Shown one piece after another: positions 1-8,176 of a DNA stretch of 54,725 bases. Made by a program: the position numbers and the translations under genes. How positions within the stretch are numbered: position 1 is the first letter of the stretch; each line of letters begins with the position of its first letter. The notes under the pieces were generated by a model. That model was given only the letters and a program-made list of their open reading frames with translations. It was not told the DNA's origin and made no database searches. This DNA is from Streptosporangiaceae bacterium. Lineage in GTDB: Bacteria > Actinomycetota > Actinomycetes > Streptosporangiales > Streptosporangiaceae. The DNA lies in NCBI GenBank assembly GCA_030045175.1, contig JASIBM010000468.1:1-54725 (forward strand), in the 5' to 3' direction.

Positions 1-1802
1 TCGGCCGGGGCCAGGCGCTTGAGCTGGCGGTGCTCGGTCAGGATCAGCAGCGTCGGCGTCGTCGCGTCGGTGGCCGGGGTGAGCACCACGGCCTGGCCTG
101 CTCGCCGGCCACCTGGGACCACGATGATGTCGCCACGGCGCAGCACCCGCAGGGAGTCGGCCACCTCGGCCCGCCTGGCGGCGGCCAGGCTCGACGATAG
201 CTCGCGCTCGCGCCTGGACAGCTCGGCCCGCATCCTGGCGTACTCGCCGAAGTCGCCGCGCTCGCACGTCACGGCGACGGCGGCCATCTGATCCCTGAGC
301 CTGCGCGCCTGCCTGGCCAGCGCGACGACCGACCGGTCCGCCTGGAACTGGGCGAACGAGGACTCGAGCAGCCGGGAGGCACGCTGGATGCCGACCTGGC
401 CGACCAGGTTGACCGCCATGTTGTAGGACGGCTGGAAGCTCGAGTTCAGCGGGTAGGTGCGGGTGCCCGCGAGGCCGGCGACGGCAACCGGGTCGACGCC
501 AGGCTGCCAGAGCACGACGGCGTGTCCTTCGACGTCGATGCCGCGCCGCCCGGCCCGGCCGGTGAGCTGCGTGTACTCCCCCGCCGTCAGCTCGGAGTGC
601 GCCTGGCCGTTCCACTTGTCGACCCTTTCGATGACGACGCTCCTGGCTGGCATGTTGATGCCGAGCGCCAGGGTCTCGGTGGCGAAGACCGCGCGGATGA
701 GCCCGGCGGCGAACAGCTCCTCGACCACCTCCTTGAACGCGGGCAGCATGCCAGCGTGGTGCGCGGCAACGCCGCGGAGCAGGCCGGCCTGCCAGTCGTG
801 GAAGCCGAGCACCGGCAGGTCGGCGGCGGGCAGGTCGGCGACCCGCCGCGCCACGATGGCGGCGATCTTGTCGGCTTCCTCCCGCGTGGTGAGCCGCACG
901 CTGGCGGCCAGGCACTGCTGGACGGCCGCGTCGCAGCCCGCCCGGCTGAAGATGAACGTGATCGCGGGGAGCAGGCCCTCGCGGTCCAGCCGGGTGATCA
1001 CGTCGGCCCGGCGTGGCCTGGTGAACCTCGGCTCGCGGCCGGCCTGCCTGGGCCGGCCGTCCCGGCGGGACGGGCGCGGTGGCCTGGGATCGGGCTGGGT
1101 CAGCCTGAGCAGCTCGGGGTTGACCCGGGGGTGCGGCGCGGTACCCGTGTCCGCCTTGGCAGGCCCTGCGAACAGGTCAAGCAGCCGGCCGCCGACCAGC
1201 ATGTGCTGCCACAGCGGCACCGGCCGGAGCTCGTCCACGATCACCTTGGTGCCGCCACGGACCGATGCCAGCCAGTCGCCGAACTCCTCGGCGTTGCTGA
1301 CCGTCGCCGACAGCGCCGTGAGGGTCACCGACTCGGGAAGGTGGATGATCACTTCCTCCCAGACCGTGCCGCGGAACCTGTCGGCGAGGTAGTGCACCTC
1401 GTCGAGCACCACGTGACGCAGGCCCGCGAGCGCCGGCGAGCCCGCGTAGAGCATGTTCCGCAGCACCTCGGTGGTCATGACCACCACGGGCGCGTCGCCG
1501 TTGATGGCGTTGTCCCCGGTCAGCAGCCCGACCCGGGCAGCGGAGTAGCGCCGCACGAGGTCGCCGTACTTCTGGTTGGACAGCGCCTTGATCGGCGTGG
1601 TGTAAAAGCACTTGCCGCCCCGTGCCAGCGCCAGGTGCACGGCGAACTCGCCGACGACGGTCTTGCCCGACCCGGTGGGCGCGGCAAGCAGCACGCCATG
1701 GCCCGCCGCGAGCGCCCGGCAGGCCTCGAGCTGGAAGTCGTCGAAATCGAAGTCATACAGCGCCTGGAACGCGGTCAGCTCCGGGTCGTCCGGCACGGTC
1801 AT
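1..1802 (-). CDS. helY: Ski2-like DEAD/DEAH-box helicase HelY, N-terminal ~600 aa (3' end runs off the left edge, so it is absent from the ORF track)
   Basis: My reverse-complement translation from CAT at 1800-1802 gives MTVPDDPELTAFQALYDFDFDDFQLEACRALAAGHGVLLAAPTGSGKT (Walker A). A DEVH box (RHVVLDEVHYL) lies near 1390. It sits next to tatC/tatA as in other actinobacteria. Confidence 0.85.
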   Translation of the reverse strand, partial: MTVPDDPELTAFQALYDFDFDDFQLEACRALAAGHGVLLAAPTGSGKTVVGEFAVHLALARGGKCFYTTPIKALSNQKYGDLVRRYSAARVGLLTGDNAINGDAPVVVMTTEVLRNMLYAGSPALAGLRHVVLDEVHYLADRFRGTVWEEVIIHLPESVTLTALSATVSNAEEFGDWLASVRGGTKVIVDELRPVPLWQHMLVGGRLLDLFAGPAKADTGTAPHPRVNPELLRLTQPDPRPPRPSRRDGRPRQAGREPRFTRPRRADVITRLDREGLLPAITFIFSRAGCDAAVQQCLAASVRLTTREEADKIAAIVARRVADLPAADLPVLGFHDWQAGLLRGVAAHHAGMLPAFKEVVEELFAAGLIRAVFATETLALGINMPARSVVIERVDKWNGQAHSELTAGEYTQLTGRAGRRGIDVEGHAVVLWQPGVDPVAVAGLAGTRTYPLNSSFQPSYNMAVNLVGQVGIQRASRLLESSFAQFQADRSVVALARQARRLRDQMAAVAVTCERGDFGEYARMRAELSRRERELSSSLAAARRAEVADSLRVLRRGDIIVVPGGRRAGQAVVLTPATDATTPTLLILTEHRQLKRLAPA

Positions 1803-1896
1803 GCGGTCCAGGCTACGGTCCGCCGGTGGCTGGGCGCGCCCGCCACCGGGCTGCCCTCGCGCGGCGCGGCGGGCCCGGCGCGCCGGTCAGGCGCGG

Positions 1897-2841
1897 CTAC
1901 TCGTCGAAGTCGGCGTCGCTCAGGTTGGCGGAGACCAGCGGGTCCTTGTCAAGCCCGTACTCGGCGACCTCCTCCGGCGTCAGGCCCGGGTACACCACGC
2001 CCCTTCGCGCCTTGCGACGGTCGTGCGCCCAGGCGAACACCTCGGCGGCCTCGACGAGCACCACGCAGGGGACGGCGAGCAGCAGCATGCTGATCGGGTC
2101 CGGGCTCGGCGTGGCGACCGCGGCGAACGCGAACACGCCGAAGATGATCATCCTGCGCCACCTGGCGAACCGCTTGTGGGTCAGCAACCCGGCCAGGTTG
2201 AGCAGGACGAACACCAGCGGCAGCTCGAAGGAGAGCCCGAAGATCAGCAGCATCGCCGTCGCGTAGCCGAGGTAGCTGTCGATGGTGATGAACGTGCTGG
2301 CGCCGGCGGGTATCAGGCTGAGCAGGAAGCGCAGGCCCTTCGACATTGCGAAGTACGCGATCGTGCCCCCGATGGCGAAGAGCGGGACCGCCGAGCCAGC
2401 GAAGAAGTAAGCCCAGCGCCGCTCGTGCCTGTGCAGCCCGGGGGCGATGAACGCCCACAGCTGATACAGCCACAGCGGCGAGGTGAGGACGACCCCGGAG
2501 ACGAACGCGATCTTCAGGCGCAGGAAGAACGCGTCGAACAGCCCGGTCACGATGAGGGTGCAGCGCCCGTGCCCGGCTATCCCTGCCGGGTTCGTGTAGC
2601 GCGGCCCCAGCCGGCAGTACGGCGCTTCGAGGAAATGCCACACATGCGGGTAAATAAACCAGCCGACGATGGCCCCCACGGTGACCACGAGCGTCGCCTT
2701 GAGTATCCGGTTGCGTAGCTCGCGGATGTGCTCGATGAGCGGCATCCGGGCCTCGGGATTCGTGACCCGGCGACTACGAGGCACCCGGAGCCTGCGGGTG
2801 CCAGCGTCTGGCGCCGGGCTGTCCTGCTGATCGGACATCAC
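1897..2841 (-). CDS. tatC: Twin-arginine translocase subunit TatC
   Basis: 314-aa ORF with MPLIEHIRELRNRILK and multiple TM segments typical of TatC. An alternative start at the internal Met (2745) is possible. Confidence 0.9.
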   Translation of the reverse strand: MMSDQQDSPAPDAGTRRLRVPRSRRVTNPEARMPLIEHIRELRNRILKATLVVTVGAIVGWFIYPHVWHFLEAPYCRLGPRYTNPAGIAGHGRCTLIVTGLFDAFFLRLKIAFVSGVVLTSPLWLYQLWAFIAPGLHRHERRWAYFFAGSAVPLFAIGGTIAYFAMSKGLRFLLSLIPAGASTFITIDSYLGYATAMLLIFGLSFELPLVFVLLNLAGLLTHKRFARWRRMIIFGVFAFAAVATPSPDPISMLLLAVPCVVLVEAAEVFAWAHDRRKARRGVVYPGLTPEEVAEYGLDKDPLVSANLSDADFDE

Positions 2842-2853
2842 CGGCCCCTTGGT

Positions 2854-3219
2854 TCAGGACCGCGCGTCGCGGCTCGGCTCGGCCGGGGCCGGGTCGCTGG
2901 CCGGCCTCGCGTCGCTACCCGCCGACGCGCGCTGCAAGTCCTGTATCTGCCGCTGCAGGTCCGCGATCTGCGCCTGCGTGGCCGCGTCGGACGACGGGCG
3001 CGGGAGCTCCGCCGCCGGCATGATGGTCCCCTGGGTGACGTTCGCTGGCTCGGACGGCCCCTCGTTCAGGCCCTCCTGCAGAGACTTCTTGAAGATGTGC
3101 ATGGAGCTGCCGAGCGACTTCGCCGCGTGCGGCAGCCTGCTGGAGCCGAACAGCAACAGGGCCACGACAGCCACGATGGCCCAGTGCCACCCGCTAAACC
3201 AATCCATCTCAGTCCCCAT
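2854..3219 (-). CDS. tatA: Twin-arginine translocase subunit TatA/E
   Basis: The ORF contains WHWAIVAVVALLLFGSSRLPHAAKSLGSSMHIFKK, a TatA TM plus amphipathic helix. I chose the start at CAT 3217-3219 (MGTEMDWF). The ATG at 3207 is equally possible. The 143-aa track ORF is probably over-extended. Confidence 0.85.
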   Translation of the reverse strand: MGTEMDWFSGWHWAIVAVVALLLFGSSRLPHAAKSLGSSMHIFKKSLQEGLNEGPSEPANVTQGTIMPAAELPRPSSDAATQAQIADLQRQIQDLQRASAGSDARPASDPAPAEPSRDARS

Positions 3220-3381
3220 CCTGTTAGGGTGGCGTCCGCGCGCCGATCTGACCGGGCCGTACGCCGACGCTGCTTTCGCCCGCATCGCATTCTACATCGG
3301 CAACCTGATGACCACCGCTGGTCACCCGCCCGGCATCGCCCGCCATCCGCGGCCGTTTCTGGTCATGAGATACCTCGGTGC

Positions 3382-4344
3382 TCATGAGTACAGCGCGAGC
3401 GCGGCGGCGGCGGCCGCCCTGACCTGCTCGGCGAGCTCCGGCGGCGCGATCACCTTGCCGTCCTCGCCGAGCCGCAGCGCCAGCCGCCTGACCCACCGGG
3501 TATCAGGGGTGCGCAGCGTCACCCGCAGCCGCCCGTCGGCGAGCTCGCTGACCCGCTCGCACGGGTAGTACTCGGCGACCCAGCGGCCCGCCTCGGCGAG
3601 CTCGAGATCCACCCGCACGTCCCCTGCCGACGGCTGGAACAGGCCAGAGTCCACGTCGACGTGCTCGGCCTCGTCAGGCACCTGCGCGGCCACGTCAAGC
3701 AACGTCAGCGCCAGCACGCGGTCGAGCCGGAACAGCCGGACCGCCTCGGCCCGCCGGCACCACGCCTCCAGGTAGGCCCGGCCCTCCACGACGACCAGCC
3801 GCATCGGGTCCACGTCGCGCTCGGTCGCCTCGTCGCGACCTGGCACGTAGTACGACAGGTGCAGCCGCCGGCGCCGCCGCAGCGCGTCGGCGACCTGAGC
3901 CTGCACATCGGCGGGCGCGCGGCCGTCCTGGTGGACGGCGACCTGCGCGCTCGCCATCCCCGCGTCGCCGGCCGCGGCCTCGAGCTTGGCGATCGTCGTG
4001 CGCAGCGCCGAGCGGTCTTGCGGCCCGGGCAGCTCCGCGAGCATCCGCAGCGCCACGAGCAGCGCGCTCGCCTCATCGGTGCCGAGCCGCAGCGGCCTGC
4101 CAATCGACTCGGCCTGGCTGACCGTGATCTCGCCGCCCTCGTACGACAGGTCGATTGGGCAGTACGGGTCAGGCGAGCGCAGCTCGACGCACCACAGCAG
4201 GTTCAGGTCGTCGACGAGCTCGGTCTCGCTGACCCCGAACGCGGCGGCCGTCTCTGCCAGGCCCACCGCCTGCCGGCTGATCACGTAGGGCACCAGCGCG
4301 AGCAGGCGCTGCAGCCGGTCGCTCGCCCCAGGCCGGCCCGTCAT
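3382..4344 (-). CDS. pafC: PafC, WYL-domain transcriptional regulator
   Basis: 320 aa with an HTH-like N-terminus (LQRLLALVPYV...AAAFGVSETELVDDLNLL). It has a 4-nt ATGA overlap with the upstream pafB and sits in the pafBC-tatAC-helY synteny. Confidence 0.85.
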   Translation of the reverse strand: MTGRPGASDRLQRLLALVPYVISRQAVGLAETAAAFGVSETELVDDLNLLWCVELRSPDPYCPIDLSYEGGEITVSQAESIGRPLRLGTDEASALLVALRMLAELPGPQDRSALRTTIAKLEAAAGDAGMASAQVAVHQDGRAPADVQAQVADALRRRRRLHLSYYVPGRDEATERDVDPMRLVVVEGRAYLEAWCRRAEAVRLFRLDRVLALTLLDVAAQVPDEAEHVDVDSGLFQPSAGDVRVDLELAEAGRWVAEYYPCERVSELADGRLRVTLRTPDTRWVRRLALRLGEDGKVIAPPELAEQVRAAAAAALALYS

Positions 4345-5294
4345 GCCAGGGCCCCCTTGAGCCGGCGGATGACCGCGTCCCGCAGGTCGACGGGCTCGAG
4401 CACCACCGCGTCGGCGCCGAACGAGGCGATGTAATCGGCGTACCAGGCGACGTCGGAGAACGGGGCGCGAACCAGGTCCCAGCCCGGCTCCGGCGCCGCG
4501 CGGTCCGAGCTGGCCCGCCGGCGCAGGCCGTGCCCCGCGCCCTCGCGGACCCTCAGCACCGCGTCCCGTACGGCGGGCGCCGAGGCGTCCCAGGCTCGCA
4601 CCGTGTCACGCACGCTGACGCCGTCGGGCACGGTGACCGACCCCGGCGGGCCGGTGACGGTGACCGGGCCGTCGATCCGGCTCAGCCGGAACACCCGCTC
4701 CTCTCCCCGGTCGCTGTCCAGCCCGGCGACGTACCACCGGCCGTGCCTGTTCACCACGCCCCAGGGCTCGAGGTTCCTGCGCTGCGCGGCGGCGCGGCCC
4801 GCCGCCTGGTAGCTGAAGCTCACCGGCCGCCGGTCTCGCACCGCCCGCCACAGCGGCCCGAACGCGGCCTCGCCGGTCTGCAGCCTGGGCTCGATGCCCG
4901 GCTGACTCACTTCCTCGGCCTCGACGCCGGCCGCTCGCAGCTTCAGCAGCCCGCCCGCGGCGGCACCAGCCAGCTCGGCGCGCTGCCACACCCGGGCGGC
5001 CAGGCCGAGCACGGCCGCCTCGGCCGGCTCGAGCGCGATTTCCGGCAGCTCATAAGCCTGGCGCGAGATCCGGTAGCCGGTCTCCTCGTCGGTGACCGAG
5101 TTGACCCCGGTCTCGAGCGGGATGCCGAGCTCGCGAAGCTCGTCCTTATCCCGCTCGAACATCCGCTTGAACGCCTCGGGCGTGTCCGGGTAGCCGGGCA
5201 CGGCGTCGCGGATCTGCCACGCGGTCAGGTACCTCCGCGATGACAGCAGGCACACGACGAGGCTGAGCAGCCGCTCGGTCTTCTGCTTCGACAT
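4341..5294 (-). CDS. pafB: PafB, WYL-domain transcriptional regulator
   Basis: Start chosen at MSKQKTERLLSLVVCLLSSRRYLTAWQIRDAV (CAT 5292-5294). The longer track ORF adds a non-conserved extension. It is paired with pafC. Confidence 0.85.
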   Translation of the reverse strand: MSKQKTERLLSLVVCLLSSRRYLTAWQIRDAVPGYPDTPEAFKRMFERDKDELRELGIPLETGVNSVTDEETGYRISRQAYELPEIALEPAEAAVLGLAARVWQRAELAGAAAGGLLKLRAAGVEAEEVSQPGIEPRLQTGEAAFGPLWRAVRDRRPVSFSYQAAGRAAAQRRNLEPWGVVNRHGRWYVAGLDSDRGEERVFRLSRIDGPVTVTGPPGSVTVPDGVSVRDTVRAWDASAPAVRDAVLRVREGAGHGLRRRASSDRAAPEPGWDLVRAPFSDVAWYADYIASFGADAVVLEPVDLRDAVIRRLKGALA

Positions 5295-5314
5295 CGCCGC
5301 CTCCGCGCGCCCTA

Positions 5315-5364
5315 TTCCCGCAGTGCTGGCCCGGGGGACTTCCCGCAGTGCTGGCCCGGGGGAC
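5315..5364. repeat. Perfect 25-bp tandem duplication (ttcccgcagtgctggcccgggggac x2) in the pafB / DUF3866 divergent intergenic region
   Basis: Read directly: copy 1 is 5315-5339 and copy 2 is 5340-5364, identical. Confidence 0.95.
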
Positions 5365-5497
5365 ACGGCGCTCCCGGGGGCACCCCGGACCCCGATGGCC
5401 GGAACGCTCCGCAACTGACGGTACCTCGCGCGGGGATCTCGCGGCGGATTGTCACGGCTTCGCGCGGCGCGGCTTCCCCCGGCGCTACCCTGCCACC

Positions 5498-6604
5498 GTG
5501 ATCAGGTGGCGCCGCGGCGTGGTGGCCGCTGTCAGGCGGGAGTGGGCAGGCGCGGTCGAGCTCGACGTGACAGTACCCCCTGGGACAGCGGCGGTGCGCG
5601 CGCTCGCTTACCCGCGGCTGACCGGCCGCCCCGAGCCTGGCGACGAGGTGCTGCTCAACGCCGGGGCGCTTGAGCTTGGCCTGGGTACCGGCGGCTACGC
5701 GCTCGTGATCGCCATTCCTGACCGCCTGCCGCCCGACCAGCCCGGCCCCGGCCACCTGGTGAAAGCCAGGTACACGCCGATGCAGGCGATCGTGGCTGGA
5801 GCGGACGAGCAAGGCTCCGCGCACCACGACACCCTGCGTGACGCCGACGACATCGAAGGCATCGGCGTCGTGATCGCCGACCTGCACTCGGCGCTGCCCG
5901 CGGTGCTCGCTGGCTTTCATGCACAACGGCCAGGGCCGGCCAGTCCCGGCGGGCGAGCTGGATCATCCCGCGTCGCCTATCTCATGCTCGACGGCGGGGC
6001 GCTCCCTGCCTGGTTCTCGCGCACGGCGGCGACGCTGCGCGAGATCGGCTGGCTCGCCGGGATCGTCACGGTCGGGCAGGCGTTCGGCGGCGACGTCGAG
6101 GCGGTCACCGTGCACAGCGGCCTGCTCGCGGCCAGGCACGTCCTGGGCGCCGAGCTCGTCGTCGTCGCGCAGGGCCCGGGCAACCTGGGCACGGGGACGC
6201 GCTGGGGCTTCTCTGGCGTCGCCGCCGGCGAGGCGGTCAACGCGGTGGCCGTGCTCGGCGGCCGCCCGGTCGCCTCGCTTCGGGTCAGCGACGCGGACCC
6301 GCGCGAGCGGCATCGCGGCATCTCGCACCACAGCCTGACCGCGTACGGCCGGGTCGCGCTGGCAAGGGCCGACGTCGTCGTGCCCGACCTGCCAGGCGAG
6401 CTCGGGGCGCGGGTGCGCGCGGAGGCCGAGCCGCTGCGCAAGCGGCATGACCTCGTCCTGGTCAGCGTGGCCGGCTTGCGCGAGGTGCTCGCGGACTGCC
6501 CGGTGCCGCTGTCGACGATGGGCCGCGGCCTGGATCAGGACCTGGCGTATTTCCTCGCGGCGGCCGCGGCCGGCCGCCACGCGGCGACGCTGGGGCCGGC
6601 CTGA
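5498..6604 (+). CDS. DUF3866-like conserved actinobacterial protein
   Basis: The ORF reads VIRWRRGVVAAVRREWAGAVELDV...ARYTPMQ. The GTG start at 5498 is chosen on family-like N-terminus and length (~368 aa). Start is uncertain. Confidence 0.6.
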   Translation: MIRWRRGVVAAVRREWAGAVELDVTVPPGTAAVRALAYPRLTGRPEPGDEVLLNAGALELGLGTGGYALVIAIPDRLPPDQPGPGHLVKARYTPMQAIVAGADEQGSAHHDTLRDADDIEGIGVVIADLHSALPAVLAGFHAQRPGPASPGGRAGSSRVAYLMLDGGALPAWFSRTAATLREIGWLAGIVTVGQAFGGDVEAVTVHSGLLAARHVLGAELVVVAQGPGNLGTGTRWGFSGVAAGEAVNAVAVLGGRPVASLRVSDADPRERHRGISHHSLTAYGRVALARADVVVPDLPGELGARVRAEAEPLRKRHDLVLVSVAGLREVLADCPVPLSTMGRGLDQDLAYFLAAAAAGRHAATLGPA

Positions 6605-6619
6605 AAGCTGAGCCAGGCC

Positions 6620-6640
6620 CGCCGGCCTTCGCGGCCGGCG
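6620..6640. terminator. GC-rich hairpin (cgccggcc-ttcgc-ggccggcg) between convergent genes
   Basis: 8-bp perfect stem and 5-nt loop, located between the DUF3866 stop (6604) and the PNP-like gene stop (6661). There is no U-tract, as is common in actinobacteria. Confidence 0.4.
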
Positions 6641-6660
6641 CCACGATCCCTAGCCGCGCA

Positions 6661-7674
6661 TCAGGGAGCCGGGTCCGGCCATGGGAATAGCGGATTGGCT
6701 ACCAGCGTCAGGAAGAGGTCTAGAGCGTTATGCATGGCATACCGGCGCCATGAGCCCGCGGCGCCACTGCAGCCGGTGGCGTCGTCCAGCTCGCCCTTCC
6801 GCTCATCCGAGAAATCAGAGATGCCGCGGATGACCATTAGATGGGCCCGGTTGTCATGATATATAGCTCGCGCGGCTCCGCCTGCTTCCATCTCAATGGC
6901 CGCCCGAAACCGGTTAGTCTGACGAAGCCACCGACTAAATGATGCGGCTGCGCTGACTATATCACCAGTTGCGACAGGGCCGACCAGATAGTCCGGGTAA
7001 TCGCCAGCCAGCGCAGGGACGCCGGCCGCGAGCACAGGATCCCTGTTGTGCTTCGTGCGCTCGCGCCACGAGCTGAAGCCTCCGCCCGCATCATGAAGGT
7101 AGCGGAAGTTATTGATATAGCTGACGATCTCCGGCTTCGCCTGCCAGGATACGCCACCGAGGTCGAATTCAACCCCATCTCCTGACTCAGCCGGCGTGGC
7201 CCGGGCCCCGTACAGGTACTCCTCGATGGAGGATGCTATGACCACGTCGCCCAAGCGCAACTTAGGGCTTAGTGCTCCTGCGATACCTACCAGGGCAAGT
7301 GCCCTGACATCGTAGCGCGCGAGCACGCTGGTCGCCGCCACTGCTGATGACGCTTGCCCCATCTCAAAGAGAACGACGGCAACTCCGCTGAGCGAGCTAG
7401 CACCGACCGCGAATGGATAGTGGTAGTACCCGCCGCCGTCGCTGCGGGGATCGCCAAAGCGAAGAATGTCGCGTGCGTAGTCGAACTCATCACGAGTCGG
7501 GATGATCAGGCATACGTCGACGGGGTTGCCCGTGCGGGCCGCACGGCCAGCAGCTGCCCCCAGATCCTGCGCGTTCCTGCGAGCCCCGAGGTCTGTGCCG
7601 TTCTTGACGATGCCGGTGTTGCCGTCACCGACCTGAATTACCTGATCGCCGACCTGACGATACTCAGTAGGCAT
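6661..7674 (-). CDS. PNP_UDP_1 / MTA-SAH-nucleosidase-fold protein with an N-terminal RHIM/BASS-like peptide (337 aa)
   Basis: Hallmark phosphorylase/nucleosidase-fold motifs are present: LALVGIAGAL, AIEMEAGGAARAI and MVIRGISDFSDE. The N-terminus is MPTEYRQVGDQVIQVGDGNTGIV. Start chosen at CAT 7672-7674, overlapping the upstream gene stop by 11 nt. The track start at 7722 is the alternative. Confidence 0.75.
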   Translation of the reverse strand: MPTEYRQVGDQVIQVGDGNTGIVKNGTDLGARRNAQDLGAAAGRAARTGNPVDVCLIIPTRDEFDYARDILRFGDPRSDGGGYYHYPFAVGASSLSGVAVVLFEMGQASSAVAATSVLARYDVRALALVGIAGALSPKLRLGDVVIASSIEEYLYGARATPAESGDGVEFDLGGVSWQAKPEIVSYINNFRYLHDAGGGFSSWRERTKHNRDPVLAAGVPALAGDYPDYLVGPVATGDIVSAAASFSRWLRQTNRFRAAIEMEAGGAARAIYHDNRAHLMVIRGISDFSDERKGELDDATGCSGAAGSWRRYAMHNALDLFLTLVANPLFPWPDPAP

Positions 7675-8176
7675 GGGATACGCCAGTGTTATTGTTGCCG
7701 TATTGCGACACGATGTCCCCATAATTGGTTATCCAGTTATGGTAGGCGACTTTAGCATCGCCGATCGCGTCCATGATCGTTCGTATCAGTTCCTCGATAA
7801 CGCTCCGGTCAGGGCTTGCCAGCAGAGTCTGCGGATCGCCTGAGGTCTGGATCATCAGGAGGTGATACGCTATTTTCCTGCGCTCCTTCTGGATGGCTCG
7901 GATAAGCTTAATCGTGCTCACCGCGGAGCAGGCCAGAACTCCGAGTATTGCATACGTGCCCGCGTTATGCACATGGAGTATCGCCATTATGATAGCCGCC
8001 AGGATACCGAGGCCTATCCACTTCGCCAGTGCCTTGAGATAGTCCTTCACCGGCGTGCCACGTCTCGGGTATACTGTCCTTACTTGCGCCCTGGCGATGT
8101 TTCGGAGCGGATACGCGTCCCGGCCAATCCACAGAACCCCCTTGGCGACCTGGACCTCCGTATTAATTCCTGCCAT
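7664..8176 (-). CDS. Small two-TM membrane protein (170 aa) with a beta-rich PH-like N-terminus and a C-terminal RHIM/BASS-like peptide, possibly DUF6232-like
   Basis: Two hydrophobic segments, WIGLGILAAIIMAILHV and YAILGVLACSAVSTIKLI, are flanked by basic residues (N-in/C-in). An SD-like GGGGGAAAGAG lies upstream of the ATG. The C-terminus is NYGDIVSQYGNNNTGVSHAY. G+C is far below the neighbours. The family name is a memory-based guess. Confidence 0.65.
   Translation of the reverse strand: MAGINTEVQVAKGVLWIGRDAYPLRNIARAQVRTVYPRRGTPVKDYLKALAKWIGLGILAAIIMAILHVHNAGTYAILGVLACSAVSTIKLIRAIQKERRKIAYHLLMIQTSGDPQTLLASPDRSVIEELIRTIMDAIGDAKVAYHNWITNYGDIVSQYGNNNTGVSHAY

Noticed and set aside
522-2093. 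523-aa plus-strand ORF, and similar ORFs at 457-1392, 1612-2718, 9737-11545, 12440-13906, 13903-15342, 25541-26800 and 44227-46044
   Set aside because: All are antisense or out of frame relative to motif-bearing genes (helY, tatC, sigma factor, pafA, gabD, M50 protease, metH). Their composition is dominated by R/P/G/A. They are treated as GC-driven artefacts.
6661-7722. The track start (7722) for the PNP-like gene, giving a 59-nt overlap with the upstream gene
   Set aside because: The extra 16 residues (MGTSCRNTATITLAYP) are an alternative-frame read of the upstream gene's C-terminal motif. The ATG at 7674 gives the classic start/stop overlap. The longer form cannot be formally excluded.
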